DNA of 64,000 nt from NCBI GenBank assembly GCA_050248855.1, contig JBFWRP010000009.1, positions 1-64,000 on the forward strand, in the 5' to 3' direction. Origin of the DNA: Planctomycetota bacterium. Lineage in GTDB: Bacteria; Planctomycetota; PLA2; JAEUHO01. The notes beneath the pieces were generated by a model. It saw nothing but the letters and a program-made list of their open reading frames with translations. It made no database searches and had not been told where the DNA came from. Below, piece after piece: positions 21,105 through 31,910 of the stretch. Position 1 is the stretch's first letter; each line of letters begins with the position of its first letter. Position numbers and translations under genes: made by a program.

Positions 21105-21193
21105 GCGTCCGGCGAGGGATAGCCGGAACCAGGCCCGGACGCACGGTCCTGCCCGGCTCGCACGACCCTTGGGCTCGGGCGAGGCTTGGCGCC

Positions 21194-21754
21194 ATGCCGC
21201 CGAGTCTGGACGACATGCCGCTTCGACGACGTGGGGGCGCTCCCTGGAGGCTGGCGCTGCTGCTGGCAGGCGCCTTGCTCGCGGTAGGCTGCGAACAGCG
21301 CCTCACCCCTGTGGAGGAGCCCGCCGTGGCGGACGCCCAAGCACAGCCTCCGGACCTCGAGCGGATCGAGCGGACCGACGCCGAGTGGCGCCAGCTGCTC
21401 GACCCGGAGGCGTACCGCATCCTGCGGCAGAGCGGCACCGAGCGTCCGTTCTCCGGCCTCTACGAGCACGACAAGCGGCCCGGCACGTTCGCCTGCAAGG
21501 GCTGCGGCCTCCCGCTCTTCCGCTCCGACGCCAAGTTCGACTCAGGCTGCGGCTGGCCCAGCTTCTTCGAGCCGCTGGACGGCGCGCACCTCGAGACGGT
21601 GCGCGACACGAGCCACGGCATGGTGCGGATCGAGGTCCGCTGCAAGCGCTGCGGCGGCCACTTGGGCCACGTGTTCCCCGACGGGCCCAAGCCGACGGGC
21701 CTTCGCTACTGCATCAACTCCGTGGCGCTCGTCCATGAGGCCGACGCAAAGTGA
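21194..21754 (+). CDS. msrB: Peptide-methionine (R)-S-oxide reductase MsrB, lipoprotein-type
   Basis: [44 protein letters not shown]-terminal LLAVGC lipobox. Confidence 0.95.
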   Translation: MPPSLDDMPLRRRGGAPWRLALLLAGALLAVGCEQRLTPVEEPAVADAQAQPPDLERIERTDAEWRQLLDPEAYRILRQSGTERPFSGLYEHDKRPGTFACKGCGLPLFRSDAKFDSGCGWPSFFEPLDGAHLETVRDTSHGMVRIEVRCKRCGGHLGHVFPDGPKPTGLRYCINSVALVHEADAK

Positions 21755-21794
21755 GCGTTTCCGGCACGATGGGGCCTGCCGCTCGGAGATTCCC

Positions 21795-22397
21795 ATGTCG
21801 CGCCGCACGCCCCTCGTCCTCGCCGCCCCCTTGCTGATCCTGGGGCTCCTGACGCTGGCGCCCGTCGCGCCACCGGCGTGTGCGGGCGACCGGCCCTCCT
21901 CGGAGGTGATCCCCCTGCAGCGGATCCGCGTGGACGACGGCGACAGCATCCGCATCGTGGGGCCGGGGGGCGAAGAGGACGTACGGCTCCTGGGCATCGA
22001 CTGCCCGGAGATCCAGCATCTCCAGCACGACTTGCCCTTCGACCAGCCGTTCGGTCGCGAGGCCAAGGCGTTCCTGGAGGGCTGCTTGGCCATGGGCCGC
22101 ACCGCCGTGCTCAAGCGAAGCGGCCAGCTGGACGCCTTCGGGCGCACGCTGGCCTACCTGGTGGTGGACGAGCGCAACCTGAGCGTCCTGCTGCTCGCGG
22201 CTGGTCGGGCGGTGGAGACGGTCACGCGCTACGGCGACAACGGCATGCCCGCGGAGGCGGCGGCGTGCCTGAAGGCGGCCGCGAGCGCGCCGCCCTTGCC
22301 GTTCGAAGACCCGCGCGAGTTCCGCCGCCGGCAGAAGGCCATCGCCGAGCGGATGAAGGCGGAGGGGACCTACCCGCTGGCGCCCGCCGCGAAGTAG
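21795..22397 (+). CDS. Secreted thermonuclease (SNase) family protein
   Basis: DGDSI, VRLLGIDCPE, DAFGRTLAY. Confidence 0.9.
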   Translation: MSRRTPLVLAAPLLILGLLTLAPVAPPACAGDRPSSEVIPLQRIRVDDGDSIRIVGPGGEEDVRLLGIDCPEIQHLQHDLPFDQPFGREAKAFLEGCLAMGRTAVLKRSGQLDAFGRTLAYLVVDERNLSVLLLAAGRAVETVTRYGDNGMPAEAAACLKAAASAPPLPFEDPREFRRRQKAIAERMKAEGTYPLAPAAK

Positions 22398-22422
22398 CGA
22401 GGCGCGTCGGTGCGCGCGTGCC

Positions 22423-22800
22423 TCACGCCCGCGTGGGCGCTTGGGTGAAGCCCCAGCGATGGCCGTCGGGATCGTCCAGCTCGAACTCGACCGCACCCCA
22501 GGGACGCGTCACGGGGCCGTCGAGTCGGACACCTGGCTGTTGGTGGTCGTAGGGCTTGAAGCCCGCGGCACGCGCCCGCTCGAAGGCAGCCCGCGCGTCG
22601 GGAACCCCCGCGTGGAGAACGAGGCCGCTGCCGCCGCTCGGGGTCTCGGACGGGTGGAGCATGATCTCGGTGCTGCCCACCCCCACCCAGTGCATGCCGT
22701 GGTAGCCACGCAGATGGCGAAACCCCATCGCCTCGTACCAGGCCTTGGCGACCTCCGTGTCGCGGCACATGAGGACGACGCTCTGCAGCTGGTCGGGCAT
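22423..22800 (-). CDS. VOC/glyoxalase family protein
   Basis: AKAWYEAMGF, PWGAVEFELDDPDGH. Confidence 0.85.
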   Translation of the reverse strand: MPDQLQSVVLMCRDTEVAKAWYEAMGFRHLRGYHGMHWVGVGSTEIMLHPSETPSGGSGLVLHAGVPDARAAFERARAAGFKPYDHQQPGVRLDGPVTRPWGAVEFELDDPDGHRWGFTQAPTRA

Positions 22801-22823
22801 GGCGCGAAGTGTACGCCAGGTGG

Positions 22824-23090
22824 CTACAGCACGTACCGCACCGCTGGGCGCGTCTGCAAGCCGCGGAGGAGGCCGGTACGGTCGGCGTCGCTCGTGACGA
22901 CGACGCGCAGATGCACGCTGTGCCAGCGGCCGCCGCTGCTTCGGTGGCCCGGCTCGATCACGTGATCGCGGCCCTCGATGACCTCGGCGATCGCCGCGTG
23001 CAGGCTCTCCACGCTGGCGCCGACCAGTCGGTAGACCCAGGAGCACGGATACTCGATCAGGGGTTGCCCGGACGGGACGCTCCAGGCCAT
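22824..23090 (-). CDS. DUF493/YbeD-like protein
   Basis: IEYPCSWVYRLVG, SSGGRWHSV, VRYVL. Confidence 0.8.
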   Translation of the reverse strand: MAWSVPSGQPLIEYPCSWVYRLVGASVESLHAAIAEVIEGRDHVIEPGHRSSGGRWHSVHLRVVVTSDADRTGLLRGLQTRPAVRYVL

Positions 23091-23113
23091 GGGGACTCCG
23101 ATTCGTTGCGCGA

Positions 23114-26100
23114 CTACATGTTCCTTCGGTATTGGCCACCCACATCATAGAGCGCGTGGCTCATCTGGCCGAGCGAGCAGGTCGTGGCCACGTCCATGAG
23201 CACGTCGAAGAGATTGGCGTCCTCGACGGCGGCCTGCTGCAGGCGGTCGAGCGCGTCGCGGCTGGCCTCGGCGTGGGCGCGGTGGAACGCCTCGAGCGAC
23301 GAGATCGCCGCCTCGCGCTCCTCGGGCGTGGAGCGGATCACCTCGTCGGGCACGATGGTGGGCGAGCCCCTGCTGTCGAGGAACGTGTTGACGCCGATGA
23401 TCGGCAGCTCGCCGGAGTGCTTCTTGGCCTCGTAGACGAGGCTCTCCTCCTGGATCTTGGTGCGCTGGTACATGCGCTCCATGGCGCCGAGCACGCCGCC
23501 GCGCGCCGACAGGCGGCGGAACTCCTCCAACACGGCTTGCTCGACGGCATCCGTCAAGGCCTCGATCACGAACGCTCCTTGCAGCGGGTTCTCGTTCTTG
23601 GAGAGGCCGAGCTCCTTGGCGATGACCAGCTGGATGGCCAAGGCGCGCCGCACGCTCTCCTCGGTCGGCGTCGTGATGGCCTCGTCGTAGGCATTGGTGT
23701 GCAGCGAGTTGCAGTTGTCGTTGAGCGCATAGAGCGCCTGGAGCGTCGTGCGGATGTCGTTGAACGCGATCTCCTGCGCGTGGAGGCTGCGCCCGCTCGT
23801 CTGGATGTGGTACTTGAGCTGCTGGCTGCGGCGGTTGGCCCCGTAGACGTCGCGCAACGCCTTGGCCCAGATGCGCCGCGCCACGCGGCCGATCACGGCG
23901 TACTCGGGGTCCAGGCCGTTGCTGAAGAAGAACGACAAGTTGGGCGCGAACGCATCCACGTCCATCCCGCGCGAGCGGTAGTACTCGACGTAGGTGAAGC
24001 CGTTGGCCAGCGTGAAGGCGAGCTGCGTGATCGGGTTGGCGCCCGCCTCGGCGATGTGGTACCCGCTGATCGAGACGCTGTAGAAGTTGCGCACGTCGTG
24101 GGCGATGAACCACGCCTGCACGTCGGCCATCATGCGCAGGGCGAACTCGGTGCTGAAGATGCACGTGTTCTGGGCCTGGTCCTCCTTGAGGATGTCGGCC
24201 TGCACCGTGCCGCGCACCTTGGCCAGCGTCTCCGCGCGGATGCGCTCGTACGTGGTGAGCGGCAGCACCTCGCGCCCGGTCACGCCGAGAAGGCGCAGGC
24301 CCAGCCCGTCATGACCCTCGGGCAGGCTCCCGCGGTAGCGCGGACGGGGCACGCCGCGCTCCCGGAAGATCTCGTCGATGCGCCGATCGACCTCGGCCTC
24401 CAGCCCCTCGGCCACGATGTGCTTCTCGCAGCCCTGGTCGATGGCGGCATTCAGGAAGAAGGCCAGCAGCATCGGCGCGGGGCCGTTGATCGTCATGGAG
24501 ACGCTGGTCTTGGGGTCGGCGAGGTCGAAGCCGCTGTAGAGGATCTTCGCGTCGTCCAGCGTGGCCACGCTGACGCCCGAGTTGCCGATCTTGCCGTGGA
24601 TGTCGGGACGGCGATCGGGGTTCTCGCCGTACAGCGTGACGCTGTCGAACGCGGTCGAGAGGCGGGCCGCCGGCATGCCACGCGACAGGTAGTGGAAACG
24701 GTGGTTGGTGCGCTCGGGCCCGCCCTCGCCGGCGAACATGCGCGCGGGGTCCTCGCCCTCGCGCTTCAACGGGAACACGCCCGCGCTGAACGGGAAGCTC
24801 CCCGGCACGTTCTCGGCCAGCACCCAGCGCACGACCTCGCCCCAGTCGCGCGTCGTCGGCAGCTCGACCTTGCGTACGGTCGTGCCCGACAGCGACGTCC
24901 AGACGAGCGGCTGCTCGAGCGTGCGCCCGCGCACCGCGTAGGCCAGGGTGTCGCCCGCGTAGCGCTCGAGCGTGGCGCCCCAGCCCAGCAGGGCCTCGCG
25001 CGCGTCGGGGGCGATGCGCCGGGCCAGCTCCTGCGCGTGGCGCACGAGGGCGTGGACTTCGTCGGGGTCGTCGGCCTGCGTGGCGGGCACCAGGTCGGTC
25101 GGCCACGGCAGTGCGGCGGCGTGCTGGGCGCGGTCGGCCGCTCCGCGCAGGACCGCGATCGCCCCGTGGAGGTGGCCCAGACGCCGCGCGAGGTCGGCCT
25201 GCTCGGCCACGTGCTGGTCGTAGCGGTCGCTCGCTTCGGCGATCTCCGCCAGATAGCGATTGCGGTCGGCAGGCAGCACGTCGCTGCGCCGCTGCGGCGC
25301 AGGGGCAAACCCACGCCCCCGGTCCAGCGGCACGCCCGTCTGCTTGGCAATGCGCTCCATGAGCGCGTGGTAGAGCCGGTGCGTGCCTCCGTCGTTGAAG
25401 AGGCTGGCGACGGTCCCGTAGACCGGCATGGCGTCGGGGCTCTCGCCGAACGCGCCGCGGTTGCGCTGGACCTGCTTGCGCACGTCGCGCAAGGCGTCGA
25501 GCGAGCCGGGCTTGTCGAACTTGTTGATCGCCACCACGTCGGCGAAGTCGAGCATGTCGATCTTCTCGAGCTGGGTGGCCGCGCCGTACTCGGCCGTCAT
25601 GACGTAGAGTGAGACGTCGGCGTGCTCCACGATCTCCGTGTCGGACTGGCCGATGCCCGACGTCTCGACGATCACGAGGTCGAAGCCCGCCGCCTTGAGC
25701 AGCCGCAAGGCCGGCGCCACGTGGCGGCTCAGGGCGAGGTTGGACTGCCGCGTGGCGAGCGAGCGCATGTACACCCGCGGCGAGTCGATGCTGTTCATGC
25801 GGATGCGGTCGCCGAGCAGGGCGCCGCCCGTGCGCCGGCGCGACGGGTCGATCGAGAGGATGGCCACCGTCCGCTCGGGCTGGTCCAGCAGGAAGCGGCG
25901 CACGAGCTCGTCCACGAGCGACGACTTGCCGGCGCCCCCGGTGCCCGTGATGCCGAGCACGGGGACGGTCGCGGCGGCCGCGCCGCGGGCGGACGCGGCA
26001 TCGGCGACGGCGCGCTCCACGGCCTCGAGGCGCGAGGGCTCGTTCTCGATCGTGGTGATCAGCCGCGCCAGCGCCTGGGGCTCGCGCTCGAGGGCGCGGG

Positions 26101-26632
26101 CGGCATCCGTCGCGAGGTCCTGGCTGCCGGCCGCGCGATCGCACCGCTCGAGCAGGTCGTTGATCATGCCTTGCAGGCCCATCGCCCGACCGTCATCGGG
26201 CGAGTACACGCGCTCGATGCCGTAGGCCTGCAGCTCCTCGATCTCGGCGGGCAGGATCGTGCCGCCGCCGCCCGCGAAGATCTTGATGGCGGCGCCCCGC
26301 TCCTCGAGCAGGTCGTGCATGTACTTCAGGTACTCGACGTGGCCGCCCTGGTAGCTGGTCAGGGCAATGCCCTGCGCGTCCTCCTGGATCGCACAGTCGA
26401 CGATCTCGCGCACCGAGCGGTTGTGGCCGAGGTGGATGACCTCCGCGCCGCTCCCTTGCAGGATGCGCCGCATGATGTTGATGGCCGCGTCGTGCCCGTC
26501 GAACAGCGAGGCCGCCGTCACGATGCGCAAGGGGTGGCGCGGCTCGTAGGCGGGGGGCCCCAGCGACGGCGTGGGGGCGGGACCCTCGGCGCTGGCAGCG
26601 TCGGCGGAGGCAGCGTGGGCGGGCGACGTCAT
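23114..26632 (-). CDS. icmF: Fused isobutyryl-CoA mutase / MeaB-like GTPase
   Basis: B12-binding [32 protein letters not shown], mutase [27 protein letters not shown]. Confidence 0.96.
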   Translation of the reverse strand: MTSPAHAASADAASAEGPAPTPSLGPPAYEPRHPLRIVTAASLFDGHDAAINIMRRILQGSGAEVIHLGHNRSVREIVDCAIQEDAQGIALTSYQGGHVEYLKYMHDLLEERGAAIKIFAGGGGTILPAEIEELQAYGIERVYSPDDGRAMGLQGMINDLLERCDRAAGSQDLATDAARALEREPQALARLITTIENEPSRLEAVERAVADAASARGAAAATVPVLGITGTGGAGKSSLVDELVRRFLLDQPERTVAILSIDPSRRRTGGALLGDRIRMNSIDSPRVYMRSLATRQSNLALSRHVAPALRLLKAAGFDLVIVETSGIGQSDTEIVEHADVSLYVMTAEYGAATQLEKIDMLDFADVVAINKFDKPGSLDALRDVRKQVQRNRGAFGESPDAMPVYGTVASLFNDGGTHRLYHALMERIAKQTGVPLDRGRGFAPAPQRRSDVLPADRNRYLAEIAEASDRYDQHVAEQADLARRLGHLHGAIAVLRGAADRAQHAAALPWPTDLVPATQADDPDEVHALVRHAQELARRIAPDAREALLGWGATLERYAGDTLAYAVRGRTLEQPLVWTSLSGTTVRKVELPTTRDWGEVVRWVLAENVPGSFPFSAGVFPLKREGEDPARMFAGEGGPERTNHRFHYLSRGMPAARLSTAFDSVTLYGENPDRRPDIHGKIGNSGVSVATLDDAKILYSGFDLADPKTSVSMTINGPAPMLLAFFLNAAIDQGCEKHIVAEGLEAEVDRRIDEIFRERGVPRPRYRGSLPEGHDGLGLRLLGVTGREVLPLTTYERIRAETLAKVRGTVQADILKEDQAQNTCIFSTEFALRMMADVQAWFIAHDVRNFYSVSISGYHIAEAGANPITQLAFTLANGFTYVEYYRSRGMDVDAFAPNLSFFFSNGLDPEYAVIGRVARRIWAKALRDVYGANRRSQQLKYHIQTSGRSLHAQEIAFNDIRTTLQALYALNDNCNSLHTNAYDEAITTPTEESVRRALAIQLVIAKELGLSKNENPLQGAFVIEALTDAVEQAVLEEFRRLSARGGVLGAMERMYQRTKIQEESLVYEAKKHSGELPIIGVNTFLDSRGSPTIVPDEVIRSTPEEREAAISSLEAFHRAHAEASRDALDRLQQAAVEDANLFDVLMDVATTCSLGQMSHALYDVGGQYRRNM

Positions 26633-26763
26633 GGATCCTCGGTCCGGCGGCCAGGGGAGGGCGGACGGGTGGCGAAGGTACCAACGGCGCTCCGCCGGGA
26701 CCGCCCCCGGGCGGGACGCCCGGCTGGATCCGTTTGGCCGTTTTCCCGGGCCCAGACGCTCGT

Positions 26764-27372
26764 CTACCGGAGGAACTGCTGCTCCATGTTGCCGAGGTCG
26801 TCGATGTACCACTGGTCGATCACCTGGTACCGCCCGACCTGGCGCTTCTCGAAGACGAGGGGCTCGAGGCCCTGCTGGACCACCACGACGGTGCCGTCGG
26901 GCTGCTCCTCGGCACGGATGGCCGGGTCACCGAGCGTGCCCGTGTAGGGCTGGTTCTCGCCGTTGATCCACAGCTCCCAGCGCTGCAGGCGCACGAGGCC
27001 GAGATCCGTGTTGTTGCCGAACGCACCCACCGTGACGCGGGCCTGGTTGGGGCCATTCATGCGCGGGCTGCTGATCGAGGCGAAATCGATGAACTGCTCG
27101 GCGAACCGTACCTGCGGGTTCTCCTGCAGCTTGTTGCGCATGAAGATGTAGTCGCCGAGGTCCACGTTGCGGCCCGCGGACTGGCTGAGGCGGCGCTTGA
27201 GGCCGGGGCTCAGGGCGTCCCACTCGTTGGCGTAGTTCTTGTTGCTGGCCTGGGCCTTGAACCACTGGACGGTGCCATCGGGCGTCGAGCGCGTGGCGGC
27301 GACACCCGGGGAGCCGCAGGCCGTGAGGGTGAGGGCGAACGCGGTCGCCAGGGACACGACAAGACGGTGCAT
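26764..27372 (-). CDS. Hypothetical lipoprotein
   Basis: LTAC lipobox; RBS GAGGAGG. Confidence 0.75.
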   Translation of the reverse strand: MHRLVVSLATAFALTLTACGSPGVAATRSTPDGTVQWFKAQASNKNYANEWDALSPGLKRRLSQSAGRNVDLGDYIFMRNKLQENPQVRFAEQFIDFASISSPRMNGPNQARVTVGAFGNNTDLGLVRLQRWELWINGENQPYTGTLGDPAIRAEEQPDGTVVVVQQGLEPLVFEKRQVGRYQVIDQWYIDDLGNMEQQFLR

Positions 27373-27493
27373 GGATCCTCCTCGGTCCTCTCCCGGCGAA
27401 TCGGCTCCCGTCCGCTTCGCCTTGACGAAGGGGGGAGTCTACCCCTTGTGGCTCCATCCCCTCGTCACGGGACGGTCCGCACGTCGGGCCGGC

Positions 27494-27793
27494 TCAGCGC
27501 GGAACCAGCGCGCCGCAGACCAGGTGGCAGAGCGCGACCAGCGAAGGGTCGGCGATCCGCACCCTGACTTCACGCCCCTGGCGCTCGCGCAGGACGCAGC
27601 CGTCCTGCTCGAGGGCCTGCACGTGGCGCGAGAGGTTGGACACCTCCAGGCCCGTGGCGGCCATGAGCTCCCCCATGCCCAAGGGCCGCTGCATCAGGGC
27701 GGAGAGGATGCGGAGCCGGCTCGGGGCGCCAAGTGCCCGGAAGCGCGCCGCCACGCGGTCGAGCAGGGGCTCGGGGATGTGGTCGGGAACCAT
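27494..27793 (-). CDS. ArsR/SmtB family regulator
   Basis: FRALGAPSRLRIL, SNLSRH, RERQGREV; C-terminal CHLVC. Confidence 0.9.
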   Translation of the reverse strand: MVPDHIPEPLLDRVAARFRALGAPSRLRILSALMQRPLGMGELMAATGLEVSNLSRHVQALEQDGCVLRERQGREVRVRIADPSLVALCHLVCGALVPR

Positions 27794-27837
27794 TTCTTGA
27801 TTATTTGCTCAAAGGATCAAGAATTCCAAGATCCTTT
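27794..27837. promoter_or_regulatory. Probable ArsR operator in divergent promoter
   Basis: AT-rich; inverted repeats TTCTTGAT(27794)/ATCAAGAA(27816) and AAAGGATC(27811)/GATCCTTT(27830). Confidence 0.6.
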
Positions 27838-27851
27838 CCGGGAGACTTCCC

Positions 27852-29240
27852 ATGTCCACGACCACCTCCCCCGCCCCGGGCGCGACCGCCCAAGCGATCG
27901 GCTCGCTCCTGGTCGTGCCCTTCCTCCACCCGCAAGGGTGCCGCACGTACCTGATCGGGGACCCCGACTCGGGCCAGGCCCTGGCCTTGGACGTGCACCT
28001 GGACTTGGTCCACGCAGTGGCCGATCGGGTCCGCGCCGAAGGGTGGTCTCTCCCCTACGTGGTGGACACGCACACCCACGCCGACCACCCGAGCGGCGCC
28101 GGCGACTTGGCGCCCCTGTTCGGCTCCACGCGCATCGCCCACAAGGCCGCCCACCACCGCGGCGTGGCGCGCCATCCGGACGACGGCGACCGCCTGCACC
28201 TGGGCGACCAGGTCCTCACGATCCGCCACGCCCCCGGCCACACGCCCGACCACCTCGTGGTGCTGGCCGACGGCGCCCTCTTCTCCGGCGACACGCTGTT
28301 CATCGGCGGCGTCGCGCGCACCGACTTCCTCGGCGGGGACGCGGGCCAGCTGCACGACACGATCCACGCCCTCATCGCCGACCTGCCGGACGAGGCCGTG
28401 CTCTACCCCGGCCACGACTACGAGGGCCGGACGTCCAGCTCGCTGGGCGCCGAGCGCGCGGGCAACGCGTGGCTCCAGCTGACCGATCGCGCCGCGTTCG
28501 TGAAGGCCTTGACGGCCAACCCGCCGCCGCGACCGGCCAACATGGACGACCTCCTGCGCCTGAACCGCGAAGGCGTCAAGATCCCCGACCGCATCGATGC
28601 CGCCACCGTGGCCGAGCGTGTGCGCCAGGGCGGCGCCACGAGCATCGTCGACGTGCGCATGGGCGCCGAGTTCGAGAGCGAGCACATCCCCGGCTCGCGC
28701 CTGATCCCGCTCGACCAAGTCGAACAGCGTCTGGAGGAGGTGATGGCCGTGCCCGCGCCGCGCCTGCTCTTGTGCCGTACGGGCAATCGCGCCTCCATGG
28801 CTCGCGACACGCTCCTGCGCCATCACGTGGCGGGTTTGAGCGTGGTCGAAGGCGGCATCGAGGCCTACCGCCGCCTGGGCGGGGAGGTGAAGACGGGCGC
28901 CGAGCGCATGTCGCTCGAGCGCCAAGTGCGCATCGGCGCGGGGCTTCTGGTGATCCTCGGCGCCCTGCTGGCGTGGCTCGTCCATCCGCTGTTCATCGCG
29001 TTCGCCGCGATGATCGGCGCGGGTCTCGTGTTCGCCGGCGTCACCGACCGCTGCGGCATGGCGCTGGTCCTGGCCAAGGCGCCGTGGAACCGCGCCCGCG
29101 GCGACGACGACGCGGCAGCGGCAGGCGGTTGCGCGGCCTCGCTGCCGGCCGCGGGCGGATGCGCGGCCAGCGCACCCACCCACACGGCCGGCGGCTGCGC
29201 GGCAACCCACCTGCCCCCGCCGCTCGATCGCGACGCCTGA
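27852..29240 (+). CDS. Persulfide dioxygenase-like MBL hydrolase-rhodanese-DUF2892 (YgaP-like TM) fusion
   Basis: HTHADH, PGHT, GDTLFIGGVARTDF, YPGHDY; rhodanese CRTGNR; MSLERQV..AGVTDRCGM..APWN. Confidence 0.88.
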   Translation: MSTTTSPAPGATAQAIGSLLVVPFLHPQGCRTYLIGDPDSGQALALDVHLDLVHAVADRVRAEGWSLPYVVDTHTHADHPSGAGDLAPLFGSTRIAHKAAHHRGVARHPDDGDRLHLGDQVLTIRHAPGHTPDHLVVLADGALFSGDTLFIGGVARTDFLGGDAGQLHDTIHALIADLPDEAVLYPGHDYEGRTSSSLGAERAGNAWLQLTDRAAFVKALTANPPPRPANMDDLLRLNREGVKIPDRIDAATVAERVRQGGATSIVDVRMGAEFESEHIPGSRLIPLDQVEQRLEEVMAVPAPRLLLCRTGNRASMARDTLLRHHVAGLSVVEGGIEAYRRLGGEVKTGAERMSLERQVRIGAGLLVILGALLAWLVHPLFIAFAAMIGAGLVFAGVTDRCGMALVLAKAPWNRARGDDDAAAAGGCAASLPAAGGCAASAPTHTAGGCAATHLPPPLDRDA

Positions 29241-29268
29241 TCGCGCGGCCGAGGCCGCGCGCGTCGAA

Positions 29269-30603
29269 TCAGTCCTCGTGGGCGACTGGCACCACGCCCG
29301 AGAGCAAGAGGGCGTTGGTGCTGGCGTCACGCACCTCGACGGCGAAGCCGGTGAGGGCCGAGGCGCTGGAGACGTCGAGCGGAAGCGTGTCGCCGTCGCC
29401 GGTGTCCAGCTCGAGCTCGGCCTCGCCGTAGGAACCCGCCGTGCGGGTGCCGAGCGACACGAAGGTCGCGCTGCCGAGAGCGTCCTCGATGAAGAACTCC
29501 ACGGTGCGGCCAGCGGCCAGGTGTTCGGCTTCCATCTCGAAGCGCTCGCGGTTGTCGTCGGTCCGGCTGCGGATCTCGACGTAGCCCTCGAGGCCCGACT
29601 CGTGGGCGGTCAGGCGCGAGCGACCGCGCGAGTCCTCGTCGTCGCCATCGTCGTCGCCATCGTCGTCGTCGTCGTCGTCGTCCTGCCCGCCCGCGGTCGC
29701 CGGCACGTCCGGCACTTCGCCGCGCAGGAGCACGAGGCCGCTGCCGGCATCGCGAACCTCGACGACGAAGCCCTCGAGCTCGGAGACGGCGCTGACGTCG
29801 AAGGGCAGGCGCTCACCGTCGTTGGTGGCTTGCTCCCACTCGGCCTCGCCGAAGGACGAGACCGTACGCACGCCTTGCGACTCCTCGTTGCCGCCATCGT
29901 CGATCACGAACAGCTCGAGGACGCGCCCCGGGGTGGCCTGCTCGACCTCGACCTCGAGCTTCTCGCGGTCGCTCTGCGAACGCAGCTCGAGCTCGCCCTT
30001 GATGTCGACGTCGTCGCTCGCCTCCGTACGCGCCAAGCGACGCTCGACCTCGCGTCGGTCGTCGCGCGAGCGGCTGCAGCCGGCCTCCGACAGGCGACCA
30101 CCGTCGATGCGGACCTCCACTACCATGTTCTCGCCATCGCGCACGGCGATGATCGTGACGCTGTCGTCGTCGACCAGGATGCCCTGCTCGTCTTCGAAGT
30201 CGTCGTCGTCCCCGTGGTCGTCACCGGCATCGTGGTTGGGGCCGTCGTCGTCGGAGCCGTCGTCGTCGGAGCTGTCGTCGTCGGAGCTGTCGTCGTCGAC
30301 GCCATCTTTCTGGAAGACGGGCGCCTGGATCGTGCTGAAGCCGTCCAGCGCGATCGTGAGCTGACCGGTAGGCACGGTGCCCAGGTCGAACTGGCCTTCC
30401 GTGTTGGTCACGGCACGGCGTCCCGTCTGCAGGATGCGGAACGCGTAGCCACCGAGGGCATCGGTCGTGCCGTCGGCCGTCAGGACGACGCCCTTCAGCG
30501 TCGCGCTGCCGGCGCTGCCGCCGGTGCCGCCACCGCCGCCGCAGCCGGCCAGGAGGCCGAGCCCGACGAGCGAGGCGATGAGGGAGGGGAGCTTGAAGTG
30601 CAT
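29269..30603 (-). CDS. Asp-rich lipoprotein with two internal repeat domains
   Basis: LAGC lipobox; DDDSS repeats; two ~110 aa repeats ending LP.DVS..S.L.GF.VEVRDA..G.VP. Confidence 0.8.
   Translation of the reverse strand: MHFKLPSLIASLVGLGLLAGCGGGGGTGGSAGSATLKGVVLTADGTTDALGGYAFRILQTGRRAVTNTEGQFDLGTVPTGQLTIALDGFSTIQAPVFQKDGVDDDSSDDDSSDDDGSDDDGPNHDAGDDHGDDDDFEDEQGILVDDDSVTIIAVRDGENMVVEVRIDGGRLSEAGCSRSRDDRREVERRLARTEASDDVDIKGELELRSQSDREKLEVEVEQATPGRVLELFVIDDGGNEESQGVRTVSSFGEAEWEQATNDGERLPFDVSAVSELEGFVVEVRDAGSGLVLLRGEVPDVPATAGGQDDDDDDDDGDDDGDDEDSRGRSRLTAHESGLEGYVEIRSRTDDNRERFEMEAEHLAAGRTVEFFIEDALGSATFVSLGTRTAGSYGEAELELDTGDGDTLPLDVSSASALTGFAVEVRDASTNALLLSGVVPVAHED
30244..30298. repeat. 15-bp tandem repeats encoding DDDSS/DDDGS
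   Basis: gtcgtcgtcggagc(c/t) repeated 3-4 times. Confidence 0.8.
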
Positions 30604-30643
30604 GGGGATGTCTCCGGAGTCGGGTTGCCCTGCCACCCCACCT

Positions 30644-30671
30644 AGAGGCCGTCCCCCCCGCTTGGAATACG
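30644..30671 (-). promoter_or_regulatory. Putative ECF promoter CGTAT-N15-CGGCCTCT (copy 1, upstream of Asp-rich lipoprotein)
   Basis: Minus strand CGTATTCCAAGCGGGGGGGACGGCCTCT; boxes and spacing identical to the copy at 31296. Confidence 0.65.
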
Positions 30672-30735
30672 CCCCCCTGGCGGAGCTGGCACGGAGAGGG
30701 CTCCGGGACGGACCCCGCTACCCTCGTCGGAGCCC

Positions 30736-31362
30736 ATGCCGGCCCTCCCCGACCCCGATCTGATCGCGCTATGCCTCGAGGGCCGCGAGGAGGCCTGGGA
30801 GGCCTTGGTCGACCGCTACGCCGACCTCGTCCACGGCATCGGGCGTCGCTCGGGGCTCGATGGAGCAGCGGCCGAGGACCTGGTCCAAGACGTGTTCGTG
30901 CTTCTCTGGCGCCACCTGCCGCGCCTTCGCGCGCGCGAGCGGCTGGCGGGCTGGATCGCCCAGACGGCGCGCCGCGAAGCTTGGCGCCGACGACGGCGCG
31001 GGCGCAGCCGCGTGGCGCGCGATGAAGCCGTGGGCCGAGACGCACTACGCGACGACGGCGAGACCGAAGATCCCGTGGAGGCCGCGGAGCAGCGCCATCT
31101 CCTGCGCCGCGCCTTGGACACGCTGGGTGAACGGTGTCGAGCCCTCCTCGACGCGTTGTTCCTGCGCGGCATCGAACGCTACGAAGACGTCTCGGCCGAG
31201 CTCGACATGCCCGTCGGCAGCATAGGCCCCACGCGGCGCCGCTGCCTCGCCCAGATGGTGGATGCATTGGCGGACCTGGGCTTCCCGCTGGACGACGTAT
31301 CCGCAGGTCTGGGTGCGGCCTCTGGCGAGGTGAAGGCCACGCGCCGGAGCCCACGACGATGA
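30736..31362 (+). CDS. ECF-type RNA polymerase sigma-70 factor
   Basis: AWEALVDRY, AEDLVQDVF, LAGWI, YEDVSAELDMPVGSIGPTRRRCL. Confidence 0.93.
   Translation: MPALPDPDLIALCLEGREEAWEALVDRYADLVHGIGRRSGLDGAAAEDLVQDVFVLLWRHLPRLRARERLAGWIAQTARREAWRRRRRGRSRVARDEAVGRDALRDDGETEDPVEAAEQRHLLRRALDTLGERCRALLDALFLRGIERYEDVSAELDMPVGSIGPTRRRCLAQMVDALADLGFPLDDVSAGLGAASGEVKATRRSPRR
31296..31323 (+). promoter_or_regulatory. Putative ECF promoter CGTAT-N15-CGGCCTCT (copy 2, inside sigma 3' end)
   Basis: CGTATCCGCAGGTCTGGGTGCGGCCTCT, 35 nt upstream of ATG 31359. Confidence 0.65.
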
Positions 31363-31910
31363 CGCGCCCCGATCCCGACCGTCTGCTCGCCGCTCTGGGG
31401 TCCGTGACCCGCGGCGAGGGCGGCGCGGGCCCGGACGCCACGCTCGCGTTGGCACGCCGTCTCGTGGCTGCGCGGCGCGGGCTGGCCAAGGACCCCCCCT
31501 GCCCGGCGTCAGCCCGTCGCCGCGCCCTTTCCCTGTTCCGTCCGCGACCGGCCTCGTGGCTCGAGGCGCTCGCGGCGCTCACGTTCGACTCGTGGCACGG
31601 TGCGGCGGCACCCGCCCGCGGTGCGGACCTCGAGCGCCTCGTCCGCTTCGAGCACGCGGGCATCGCGCTGGACCTGCAGCTGGCGCTTCACGGGGACCGC
31701 GGTGAGGCCAGCATCGCGGTCGAAGGCCTGCCGCTCGGCGGACGTGTCGAGGTGCGCACCCCGGGCGGCCGCGTGCTGGCCGACGCCGCGCTGGATGAGT
31801 GCGACTCCGCACACGTGGCTTGGACAGGTGCGGAGGACGTCGTTCTCGTCGTGACCGACGAGGACGGCGAGGTGCTCTGTACGCCGCCGCTCTTGCGGGG
31901 CGGGGCGTGA
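31359..31910 (+). CDS. Cytoplasmic protein downstream of sigma, putative anti-sigma
   Basis: ATGA overlap with the sigma stop; no TM; AALTFDSW..PARG..RLVRF..LDLQ. Confidence 0.65.
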   Translation: MTRPDPDRLLAALGSVTRGEGGAGPDATLALARRLVAARRGLAKDPPCPASARRRALSLFRPRPASWLEALAALTFDSWHGAAAPARGADLERLVRFEHAGIALDLQLALHGDRGEASIAVEGLPLGGRVEVRTPGGRVLADAALDECDSAHVAWTGAEDVVLVVTDEDGEVLCTPPLLRGGA

